From contig NW_026262659.1 in NCBI RefSeq assembly GCF_021869535.1, positions 8,432,001 through 8,496,000 of the forward strand: a stretch of 64,000 bases of DNA, in the 5' to 3' direction. The notes below the pieces were generated by a model that ran no database searches, was not told the origin of the DNA, and worked only from the letters and a program-made list of their open reading frames with translations. This document shows, piece by piece, positions 55,001 to 64,000 of the stretch. Both the position numbers and the translations under genes were made by a program. The stretch's first letter is position 1. The number at the start of each line of letters is the position of its first letter. This stretch comes from Mytilus californianus (lineage: Eukaryota).

Positions 55001-58000
55001 GATCGGCTACAAAGTAACAACACTTGGTCAGAACCTCATAAGGAACATTCATGCCATGTTTGGTTTCATTCCATTCAGTGGTTCTCTAAAAGAAGACATT
55101 TGTATGTATTTCCCATAGGGTCCTATGTTAAACTAAGTCCCCTGCTGGCGGCCATCTTGGATGATGGATCGGCTACAAAGTAACAACACTTGGTCAGAAT
55201 CTCATAAGGAACATTCATGCCATGTTTGGTTTCATTCCATTCAGTGGTTCTCTAAAAGAAGACATTTGTATGTATTTCCCATAGGGTCCTATGTTAAACT
55301 AAGTCCCCCACTGGCGGCCATCTTGGATGATGGATTGCCTACAAAGTAACAACACTTGGTGAGCACCTCATAAGGAACATTCATGCCATGTTTGGTTTCA
55401 TTCCATTCAGTGGTTCTCTAAAAGAAGTCATTTGTATGTATTTCCCATAGGGTCCTATGTTAAACTAAGTCCCCCGCTGGCGGCCATCTTGGATGATGGA
55501 TCGGCTACAAAGTAACAACACTTGGTCAGCACCTCATAAGGAACATTCATGCCATGTTTGGTTTCATTCCATTCAGTGGTTCTCTAGAAGAAGTTCAAAA
55601 TGTAAAAAGTTAACGCCGACGACGGACGCCGCCGGACGCCAAGTGATGAGAAAAGCTCACTTGGCCCTTCGGGCCAGGTGAGCTAAAAAGAGGTTTGTAA
55701 CAGTTTTTCTTACTTTGATTTCATAATACAAGATAACTATTATCATAAGCACTAATTAAAAATTTGCATTTTTTCTTTACAAGTTAACCTTATTGGAATA
55801 CAGACTTGCAATCTGATGCCCTATGCTACTCAAGTGCCATGCTCTATGCATGTTAAAGAATACCTTCTGCAATTCTTGGAATGGTCAGTGGTGACCAGTT
55901 TCTATGCTAAACATCTGAACCTATAATCATTAAATTCTCTGAATAATGCATTGGTTCCCTTTATTGTAATTTCTTTGTTAGCCTTACTTGTTTAAGTTAG
56001 AGTGCAGAAACGAAAAAAATTGGCGTTTTCCAAGTTATAAAGGGACATAACTCTAGAACAGTAAGTGACTCACTGTCCAAATTTGAACTATGTTTGTGAG
56101 TTTCAGTTCTTAGCATTATGTATGAGTTTCATAAAATTTGGAGAAGGAAAACTTAAGTTAGAGTGCGGAAACAAAAATAAAACAAACAGAAGGACATATG
56201 GAAAGACAGTCAAGGGTAACACTTATTGCCCCCTTAGCCTAGTGGTCGGGGCATAAAAATATGGTTCTACCATTAGTTGTATATCCAATGTTCCAGATGT
56301 TAGCAAATACACAGACTGCATTAGATTCTGAAATGGCAAATTGAAAGATTCTGTGAGTTTACCTTGTCTGAGCCTCTTTTTTGGGAACTCCCATTTTGGA
56401 TCATAGGGTAAACAGGATGTTTGTTCATCAATAGGTATATCAGGATTATAGTCTCCACTTGGATGTATCAACGTTTTCTCCAATTCTTTATGCTTAATGA
56501 ACAAAAATAATTAAATGCAATTTGATTAAAGAAAATGTAATTTTTGTTTATATATAATCAAGATATAATTAAACTAAGAATTAAAGAAAGGTTTTATATC
56601 TACAGTTTGAATTCATCAACTCACTTATGACTTTGATACTGCTCAGCGATTGGCTTAATGGGACATGCCATGATCACTGGAGATACAAAAGTCTTTGAAA
56701 TATATAAATACACAGTCATGTTTGAGTGGGGACATTGTTTATCACAATCTACATAACTCACATAAGAAGGAGTACTGGTCAACATTATAAGATGGTTTTA
56801 ATCTATGACTATAAGAAATATTGTCAGGTACACAGTAAGCTATTTCCAAATAGTCCAGAAAATCAATGTTCTAATTAGATAATTTCTGGACACGATTCTG
56901 ATTTTATGCAGCGAGCCGATTGAAAACATTTCAAATCTTAGCAAAACAGTAAAGCTTCATTTTTTCTTCATGTTTTAGATAAGAAAACTTTAGTTGTTAA
57001 ACGTTTAATCATCATAACGGTGAAATAAATTTTAAAAACACCTTCATCTATATTTGCCGTAAAAAATTGTAATCAAAGTGCCAGTGTGTCACTCGAAATG
57101 ATAAGCAGATTAAAAATTTGCATGAAAAGGTCATCTATACATGACCCTTTATAAGATGTCCTCAGATCTTACAGGAATGACAAACAATTCTAACAGAGCT
57201 GTGTGAAGGATCTGATTTCTTTGAGTCTGGGGGACAAAATTTTAATCCTGGTATCTATGATGAGTTTTATTATTTCAGGACATTGATTTTTCATTTAATA
57301 TATCATGAAGCTATGTGTATTTGTCATTCCCTATTCTTACACATATCATGAAGCTATGTGTATTTGTCATTCCCTATTCTTACACATATCATGAAGCTAT
57401 GTGTATTTGTCATTCCCTATTCTTACACATATCATGAAGCTATGTGTATTTGTCATTCTCTATTCTAACTCATGACTCACCAGTGCTGCAGCTTTACGTC
57501 TGTACAGTATACACATCAGTATCACTATGACTACTATCATTATTGTTGCTACGACAACCACAGACACAATTATTTCTGTTTCATGTCTTTTTTGAAGTCC
57601 TTTATTCAGTTCACCTACAAAAAGAATCACATTTCAATATTCTGAAAAAAAAACATCTCTTGGTGGTCACGATATATTCATATTAAGGGTCTCACTTAAC
57701 ATAGCTAGTAAAAACTTCTTGATATAATTAACCTTCATCTTTACCTTTGAAACTGTAAACAAGTTTATGTCATGGTATTTTATGTTATAAAAAAAGTATG
57801 TTTGTGTTTTATTAATGAATAATTCTTTTTTTGTGATTTAAAGGGGTGTAAAAGCTTTGACTGAAGCTCATTTTGCATGAAGCACACAATCAATTCTTAC
57901 TTAAAATGTGTGCATGATCAATAATTATACAACTCTATAGAATTTTCAAAATAGAAGGATCAATGCTAAAAAATGACATTTTACCCTTTAACAATGAAAC

Positions 58001-61000
58001 TAATTCATTGACAAGCTTTTTGTTTGTTTTCTTATTCAAAATTATAGTGTTGATAAAGAGAGCATGATTAGTCATATAAATGTTCCATGTTATCAGGAAA
58101 TAAATAAATGCTCCGCTGGGGCGCAGCTTGATACGACCGCAGAGGTCGAACCCTGAACAGTTGGGGCAAGTATGGACACAACATTCAAGCTTGATACAGC
58201 ACTGAATTTGGATTGTAATTAAATATTTGACACAGCATAGGTTTCTCACACAGAATGAAGTGGTCTAAGAACTTAAAAATTTTTAATTTACCTATTCAAA
58301 CCATATCATTATTATTTGCTTTTATATATAAATCAGAAATAACCAATTTAAAATGGAAAATTTTAAAGAAAAAAAATGAAAAAAAAATCCCCCCCAATTT
58401 TTTGAACCCCCTTATGATTCATCACCCCCAAACTCAATCCCAGCTTTCCCTTTGTGGTATGGTAGCTTGCAGTTCAATTTCAGAGATATCCATACACTTG
58501 AACACAAGTTATTGTCTGGAAACTAGAAAAATGCTTGTTTTTTGGCCCCATTTTGGCTCCAAATTCCTAAATGTTTAGGGCAATTACCCCCAAACTCAAA
58601 CCCAGCTTTCCCTTTGTGATATGGAACCTTGCAGTACAATTTCATAAAGATCCATACATTTACACACAAGTTAATTGTCCTAAAACTAGAACAATGCTTG
58701 TTTTTTGGCCCTTTTATGGCCCCTAATTACTAAAATTTTGAGGGAATAACCCCCAAAATCAATCTCAGCCTTCCCTTTGAGGTATGGTACCTTGCAGTAC
58801 AATTTCAGAGAGATCCATACATTTGAACACAAGTTATTGTCTGGAAACTAGAAAAATGCTTATTTTTGGCCCCTTTTTGGCCCCTTATTCCTAAACTTTT
58901 TGGGCAATTACCCCCAAACTCAATTCCAGCTTTCCCTTTGTGATATGGAACCTTGTAGTACAATTTCATAAAGATCCATACACTTACACACAAGTTATTG
59001 TCATGAAACTAGAAAATTGCTTGTTTTTTGCCCCTTTTTGGCCCCTAATTCCTAAAATTTTGAGGGAATTACCCCCAAAATCAATCCCAGCATTCCCTTT
59101 GTGATATGGAACCTTGTGATACAATGTCAGAGAGATCCATACACTTACACACAAGTTATTGTCATGAAACTAGAAAAATGCTTGTTTTTTGCCCCTTTTT
59201 GGCCCCTAATTCCTAAAATTTGGAGGCAATTACCCCCAAAATCAATCCCAGCATTCCCTTTGTGATATGGAACCTTGTGGTACAATGTCAGAGAGATCCA
59301 TACACTTACACACAAGTTATGTCTGGAAGTTACAAAAATGCTTATTTTTGGCCCCTAATTCCTTAACTGTTGGTACCATAACCCCCAAAATCAATCCCCA
59401 CCTTCCTTTTGTGGTATTGAACCTTATGGTAAAATTTCATTGAGATCCATTCATTTAAACTAAAGTTAGAGTGCGAAAACTAACGTGTCTTCCGACGACG
59501 ACGACGACGACGACAACGCCAACGTCATACCAATATACGACCACAAAAATTTGTTTGCGGTCGTATAAAAATGATGTCGAAATGCTTCACCGTTGTTGTC
59601 CACCAATTTTTCTCAAATTCATGTCTTTTATCAAGGTACATTGTACTTATTACTACCAAATGACCCCTAAAAAAGTTAACATAAAGATAGACAGACAGGG
59701 TGATTTCTATTTATTCTAGTAAACAAATGTAGAATTTTACTTCTTAATCCTTCTTTATTATTGATTTTGCTCTTAAAATAGTAACATACCAACAGATAAA
59801 GTCCAGTTACTGTAAGCCACGCCCCCTCGGTTCGTTGCTTCACATGTATAAACACCTCGGTGAATTTTAGAAGTTTCATTAATGTGTAAACTGAAATAAC
59901 AAGCATAATAATAATATATGTCTACGAAAATTGATGATTTCAACATTTGTACACTAAAACTAACTTTTTCAGTAAACTAAATGAATGTGATGGCACGGGG
60001 GGGGTCTCTTTCTATATGAAGGTATATACATATGTGCCTTTTTTGATACGCCAAATATATCAATGGGGTGCAATTTTACCGAGGAAATATATCAATATGT
60101 AGTAATTGACCGATTGTGATATATCAATGGGTCATAATTTTTCAGTTTGTTGTGCAACGATCTTCACTGAATTTCCCAAACTCTTTGTCATTAAAATTTC
60201 CACATCTGCTGAAACTTATTGACACAGGTTTTGTTAATGATCAAATTTTATTACACTGTCACATGGGTTATGATTTCGCTGTGAAATATATGTATAGGTA
60301 GGGATTTCACAATTATTCAATATATGAATGGGGGGTGTTTGCTGCACAACTGTACCAACAATCCCATGTTGAGACCCCCCCCCCCCCCCCCCCCCCCCTC
60401 GTGTGTGATGGGAAGCCATCACAGAGAACCCTGCTACACATAAAAAATAATTGAGGTGGATAAGACTTTTTGCACCTATGCACACGTTGACTAAGTTGAT
60501 CTAAGTAATTTACCAGGACTTTGTCTGTACAGTTTTCTTTCTTATACAAAACACAACTTCTAGTCATGCTAGTAATGGTGAGTAATCATGCAACTTTTCA
60601 TCACAACACCAAATTAATAAACCACAGGCTGTGAAAGTTAGTGAGTGCAAATGTTATTGCCATTATAAAATAAAGAAAAATGAAAAAAAAATATTTTCAA
60701 ACTTTTGCTTCAGACATAATCTCTTAATCATAAATAAAACTTCTGCCATTCTTAATATTCTATGAAGGTTTTACAAAGTTATTGATGTTAAAAAAAACTT
60801 TAACCTAAGAGGTTTATCATGTGTTAACTGCCAAAAAATGAGTCCTTTTAGCAGTAAAATTTAGAATTGAAGAAAAAAAAAACTAATTTGTTTTGGATAG
60901 TGTCTGTTTCTGTGTAATTTTCATAAAGTTCTGTGCATGAAGGTTTGACCAAGTTAATTATGTCTGAGAAAAATTTTAACCACCTAAGTGTAGATCATGT

Positions 61001-62619
61001 AACTGAGTAAAACGTTGCAAATGTGCGGTTAATTGACAGACTTGATAACAGATGAATTATCAATTAAATTTCAAATAGAACAAGTGCTTCCATAGAATCC
61101 AAAAAATTATTGAAAGTTTATGTAGAAGATGTATTTTCATACACTTACATATTTATTCCTCTACAAAACAACTACAAGAAAATATGATTGTAAGCAAGTA
61201 TTCTTTATCCTTGATTTTGTCCTCTGTACAACGTATTTTATCATATTCTTACATACCCGGTACTGTAAATTCAGAAACTATTGCGTGCATTTATTATTGC
61301 GAATTTTGAAGAATGAACTAAAATGCGAGATTAATTATTGCGATTTCAGGAAAATCTGCATACAGTTGTATGTATCAGATATCAGAATGCAAGTTTTTAT
61401 TATTGCGATATTCATTCAGTCGCATTATTCGCATTAATAAAAACCTTGCAATAATTTCTAAATTTACAGTAATCAATACCGATGAAGATCTCATTATCGT
61501 GATGTATATACTGGATAGTCATGATAGTAGCATATATATAATATACATTACAACATTTCTATCTGGCAGCTGTTAACTTTTAAAGTACAAAATATTATTA
61601 TAGGACTTCCAAATAAACTAGGGGAGCATGTAAGCTAGCAGATTTATTTTAACAGCTAATTGTCATACAAATTCTGCGGCAAAATAAAAACAACTATTTT
61701 AGCACATAAGTGCCAGAATAAAACTAAAATAAAATGCATAAAGCTTTTAATGGTCCTAAAATGTAATCCATACAAACCTCTTATTGTTGTCTGTAAAGTA
61801 GATCCCTAAAGTATTGTTGTCATCATCTATTAACTTGTTGTCCTTAAACCATCGGTAGGTTGGTTCTGGTATCCCTACCATCTCACAATCAGCCACTTTG
61901 TAAGATATTCCCTCATTAATACTAATTCTCGTGTCTTGCTCATGTGATCCTCCGGCTAAATGTGGTTTTACGATCCCTGTTAAAGAATAATATAGAAATC
62001 GTTGGTTTTACTATTCCTATTTCTCCATAGCAAATGTCCACAAATAAGACAACTGGATCTATCCAACGTGTTTGAAATACAGAGGTCTGTTTTAAGAGCA
62101 GGTTTTTATGAAGATTGCAAATCTCCTCACTTTTATTAATTCACATCAGTGACTACTTAATACAAGTTTGACTGTATACTGTAAATTCAGAAATTTTTGT
62201 ATGCATTTGTTATTGCGATTTTTCAAGAATGGACAAAAATGTGAGTTTAATTATTGCAATTTCAAAAAATCTGTTTGCAGATTTTATCAGAATGCGAGTT
62301 CTTACTATTGCAATACTCACCCAGTCGCATTATTCGAATTAATAAAATCTTCACAATAATTTCTGAATTTACAGTATTGTACCCGATTTCTAATTCAAAA
62401 TTTTGAAAGATTTACTTTTAGTGTCCACCCAATTGTGTTTTAAATATAAATGCAAATTAATACAAGTATACAATACCTCTAACTGTAATCTTTTTTTCTG
62501 TTCTATCTGGTTCTATATGACTACTACTATTGGGTTTCATACCCAGACAAACATAGGAACCAGTATCTGATAGTTTGACTGAATGAATAACCAGCTTAAC
62601 TGTTAGGGAAAAAGCAGAT
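39464..62619 (-). CDS. Pvr: Gene 2: PDGF/VEGF receptor-like RTK paralog, 5'-partial. 14 exons, ~750 aa in window: part of penultimate Ig, last Ig, TM, split kinase, full tail ending ETLV
   Basis: Same exon boundaries and phases as gene 1. Motifs [55 protein letters not shown]. Symbol is family-level only. Confidence 0.95.
41896..42200. mobile_element. 160-bp palindrome followed by a tail with two CRE palindromes
   Basis: agattctaccac...ggatatttatccat / agtggataaatatc...gtggtggaatct. TGACGTCA at 42155 and 42186. Confidence 0.75.
43543..43648 (-). CDS. Gene 2 exon L ([35 protein letters not shown])
   Basis: 106 bp, GT-AG junctions. Confidence 0.95.
44603..44645 (-). ncRNA. Hammerhead-like core (CUGAUGA...GAAA...UC) with broken helix I
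   Basis: Minus strand CUGAUGA-AGGUAAAUCAA-GAAA-AGUAUU-UC. Sense to the gene 2 pre-mRNA. Confidence 0.35.
45022..45121 (-). CDS. Gene 2 exon K ([32 protein letters not shown])
   Basis: 100 bp, GT-AG junctions. Confidence 0.95.
45703..46382 (+). mobile_element. HINE-like element with a nested repeat (45858-46070)
   Basis: Two caaattcaaacttgatctgtg units, gacag microsatellite, terminal atgcccc...ggggcat hairpin followed by AAAA. Confidence 0.7.
47319..47359 (-). CDS. Gene 2 exon J ([13 protein letters not shown])
   Basis: 41 bp, GT-AG junctions. Confidence 0.95.
47975..48160 (-). mobile_element. HINE-like 3' fragment
   Basis: Hairpin followed by (ccgt)n on the plus strand. Confidence 0.55.
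48345..48415 (-). CDS. Gene 2 exon I ([24 protein letters not shown])
   Basis: 71 bp, GT-AG junctions. Confidence 0.96.
48916..49038 (-). CDS. Gene 2 exon H ([11 protein letters not shown])
   Basis: 123 bp, 38 of 41 aa identical to gene 1. Confidence 0.97.
49276..49556 (-). CDS. Gene 2 exon G, hinge plus kinase insert with three Tyr (DYVDP, PYYVNK)
   Basis: 281 bp, 60 bp longer than gene 1 exon G. Confidence 0.96.
49676..51017. mobile_element. Non-autonomous TIR element with arrays of TCGCCCCAC subterminal repeats
   Basis: gacaaatcgccccactggcaaatcgccccacacc (49688) is inverted relative to 50970-51010. About 10 motifs per arm. gttt(g) on both flanks. Confidence 0.8.
51530..51724 (+). mobile_element. 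Decayed tRNA-derived SINE with (AATC)n tail
   Basis: A-box-like ttggcaaagtggtccaag, degenerate B-box, tail aatcaatcaatcaatc. Confidence 0.55.
52138..52840 (+). mobile_element. HINE-like element with 160-bp array (~4 copies)
   Basis: tcaatagata at 52221, 52381, 52541, 52702. (gacg)n and terminal hairpin tacgtcccgtaaacgggcgta-taaaaa. Confidence 0.85.
52922..53041 (-). CDS. Gene 2 exon F ([39 protein letters not shown])
   Basis: 120 bp, GT-AG junctions. Confidence 0.96.
53490..53594 (-). CDS. Gene 2 exon E (LGQGAFGRV...VAVKMVK)
   Basis: 105 bp, GT-AG junctions. Confidence 0.96.
53661..55689 (+). mobile_element. HINE/Helentron-like element with 166-bp array (10 full copies plus a partial)
   Basis: aactagaggctc start. 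gccatcttg at 53818, 53991, 54157, 54322, 54488, 54654, 54819, 54985, 55151, 55317, 55483. (gacg)n and hairpin agctcacttggcccttcgggccaggtgagct at 55654-55684. Confidence 0.88.
55985..56259 (+). mobile_element. HINE-like 3' fragment, family of 45703-46382
   Basis: aagttagagtgc units and terminal tgcccc...ggggcataaaaa. Confidence 0.6.
56363..56492 (-). CDS. Gene 2 exon D, juxtamembrane ([10 protein letters not shown])
   Basis: 130 bp, 9 nt differences from gene 1 exon D. Confidence 0.96.
57301..57468. repeat. 43-bp minisatellite, ~4 copies, 13 bp from the gene 2 TM-exon donor
   Basis: tatcatgaagctatgtgtatttgtcattccctattcttacaca at 57301, 57344, 57387, 57430. Confidence 0.97.
57481..57614 (-). 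CDS. Gene 2 exon C, transmembrane ([27 protein letters not shown])
   Basis: 134 bp, tag|gt acceptor, ctg|gtgagt donor. Confidence 0.95.
58098..59571 (+). mobile_element. HINE-like element with ~161-bp array (~7 copies)
   Basis: 5' tacgaccgca matches the 3' hairpin tatacgacc...ggtcgtata. (gac)n. ccccaaa units at ~161 bp spacing. Confidence 0.87.
59790..59890 (-). CDS. Gene 2 exon B ([33 protein letters not shown])
   Basis: 101 bp, cag| acceptor, g|gtatgt donor. Confidence 0.93.
59994..60403. mobile_element. 410-bp non-autonomous DNA transposon with poly-G/poly-C TIRs and 8-bp TSD
   Basis: cacggggggggtctc ... gagac(C)24tcgtg. TSD tgtgatgg at 59986-59993 and 60404-60411. Confidence 0.88.
61261..61471. 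mobile_element. Tc1/mariner-type MITE
   Basis: tactgtaaattcagaaa ... aatttacagta. Confidence 0.82.
61778..61976 (-). CDS. Gene 2 exon A, Ig domain N-half
   Basis: 199 bp, IVKPHL...[20 protein letters not shown]. 44 of 64 aa identical to gene 1 exon A by hand count. Confidence 0.93.
62177..62376. mobile_element. Tc1/mariner-type MITE
   Basis: tactgtaaattcagaaa ... tctgaatttacagta. Confidence 0.82.
62477..62619 (-). CDS. Gene 2 Ig exon ([29 protein letters not shown]...KKITVR)
   Basis: tttcag|a acceptor, g|gtattg donor, 143 bp. D-x-G-x-Y-x-C motif. Phase fits the next exon. Not in the ORF track. Confidence 0.88.
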
Positions 62620-62860
62620 CTGAAATCAAATGAAAAATCATCATTAAAATCTAAAATCCAATTTCAGTCTTAGGTTTTTGTGTATTTTTCTGTATTTACA
62701 AAACATTTAGAAACATATCAATGGCCAGCACAACTAACACATAGTTCAGTTTTGGACAAAAATTAGCTTTTAAAGTACATTTGTTTTTAATTTTGACTGC
62801 TGAGCCCTCTCCCCTTATTTTTTCCATGGGCCACTTAGCTCCCTCAATTTAGAAACTCGA

Positions 62861-63173
62861 AACTAGAGGCTCTAAAGAGCCTGTGTCACTTACCTTGGTC
62901 TATGTGCATATTCAAAAAGGACACTCTCCAACATTGTAGACAAGAATAGAATTCATGACAAAAATCTCTGTTTTGTTGATCTTGTATTGCTGATCATTTA
63001 GTCTGTTTAGTTTCTCTCTATCTTTTTTAGTTTTTGCTCAAAACACAAAAGAGGGATAAAAAAAATCCTCATTTAAGGGCAATCACTCCTAGAAAGAGTG
63101 ACAGTCTACTAACTAAATTGTCAAAATTTAACTTGTTAGTAGATCTTCCCTTTAGGCCAGTTGAGCTAAAAAA
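62861..63173 (+). mobile_element. Internally deleted HINE-like element
   Basis: aactagaggctctaaagagcc start, gccagttgagctaaaa end. Reverse complement of 22395-22656. Confidence 0.75.
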
Positions 63174-63744
63174 TGAACAAGAATAGTGAAAACATCATTT
63201 AGGATTAAAGGCTACTAACAAAAAACAAATAATTATATTTCAGATAAAAACACAGAGAACAATATTTTTTTGCTTTTTCACTTAAGCAATAACATATTTT
63301 CAAGAAAAGTTATTTCTATTCTATACTATAAACATGGAAATTTGTGCACAGTGTTATTTTCGCTTATTTTAGGATCATGAAAAATACATCAAAATATCCG
63401 TCACATGAATGTTTCGTGAAAATTATGATATTAATGTGAAGGGTGAACCGTTAATGTATGAATTTAACCTCAGCTCGAAAAACATTATATATAAACATGG
63501 ACACATTGCAACCCCCTGTTTACTTTGACTTAGATGTGGGCAACAGATAAATATTCTATTACTTGATGATTTTCTGAGTCTGATGAAGTAATTCAAAATT
63601 TTTTTTTGATTAGCCTGTTTTTTGTATTTTATAAACAATATGACATGCAAATGATATACTATTGACAATGCTGCCAGGATTGAAATGTTTTATAATTTGT
63701 CTTTTTTAGTTTTTTTTTTCTCCTGTAGTTTCCCCTTGTGAGGT

Positions 63745-64000
63745 AATTATGTCACCCGTACGACAACGTCGGGTGACATATTGCTTTTCCTCCATTTCTT
63801 TATTATGGCACCCTCAACGGAGTTGGGGTGACGTATTGTTATTCTAAGATTCTTTTTTTCCTTAATCTTCTTCCACACATTTTGTCCACGCAAGTTCTTA
63901 GAATTGAATGGACCAATGTTGATGGAACTTTACAATAATGTGGACCAGCATGTGAAGTTGTGCATCTGACTTTGGAATGGTCAAGATGGCTGCCGTTTCC
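63745..64000 (-). mobile_element. HINE-like element 3' end, truncated by the window edge
   Basis: Hairpin tatgtcacccg...cgggtgacata at 63748-63780. Confidence 0.55.

Noticed and set aside
54001-55681. Six near-identical 62 aa ORFs ([11 protein letters not shown]...) resembling a tandem peptide gene cluster
   Set aside because: One per 166-bp monomer of a HINE array, antisense within a gene 2 intron. No signal peptide or splice structure.
60234-60567. Two ORFs with poly-Gly runs
   Set aside because: Derived from the C24 tract of the transposon TIR.
62130-62476. sFLT1-like soluble isoform by intronic polyadenylation after an Ig exon
   Set aside because: An early stop and an AATAAA are expected by chance in any AT-rich intron. 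Needs transcript data.
62620-64000. Additional upstream gene 2 exon near 63423-63668
   Set aside because: No Ig-like motif or phase-compatible splice pair found. The next exon probably lies beyond the window.

Overview
AT-rich eukaryotic (animal) genomic DNA, roughly 30% GC by eye. The repeat families look like those of a mytilid bivalve, which is an inference I cannot verify here. The window holds the 3' halves of two paralogous PDGF/VEGF-receptor (Pvr/VEGFR-like) tyrosine kinase genes arranged tail-to-tail. Gene 1 is on + (13 exons, 567-25792) and gene 2 on - (14 exons, 62619-39464). Their intron positions and phases are identical, every junction is GT-AG, and both reading frames are open with intact catalytic motifs. 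The twins differ sharply in their docking modules. Gene 1 lacks all three kinase-insert tyrosines of gene 2. Its tail is cut by a frameshift that leaves a fossil frame running to the ancestral stop, losing the YLIP, PPxY and terminal PDZ-type motifs, while three YxKM PI3K-type sites are kept and a YxN site is gained. Introns and the spacer are packed with Helentron/HINE-like elements carrying 146-166 bp arrays, MITEs, SINEs, LINE and Penelope-like remnants, a ~3 kb foldback element, decayed hammerhead-like motifs, and a minisatellite built from an exon end plus its splice donor. Most ORF-track calls are repeat artefacts. No prokaryotic features or CRISPR arrays.
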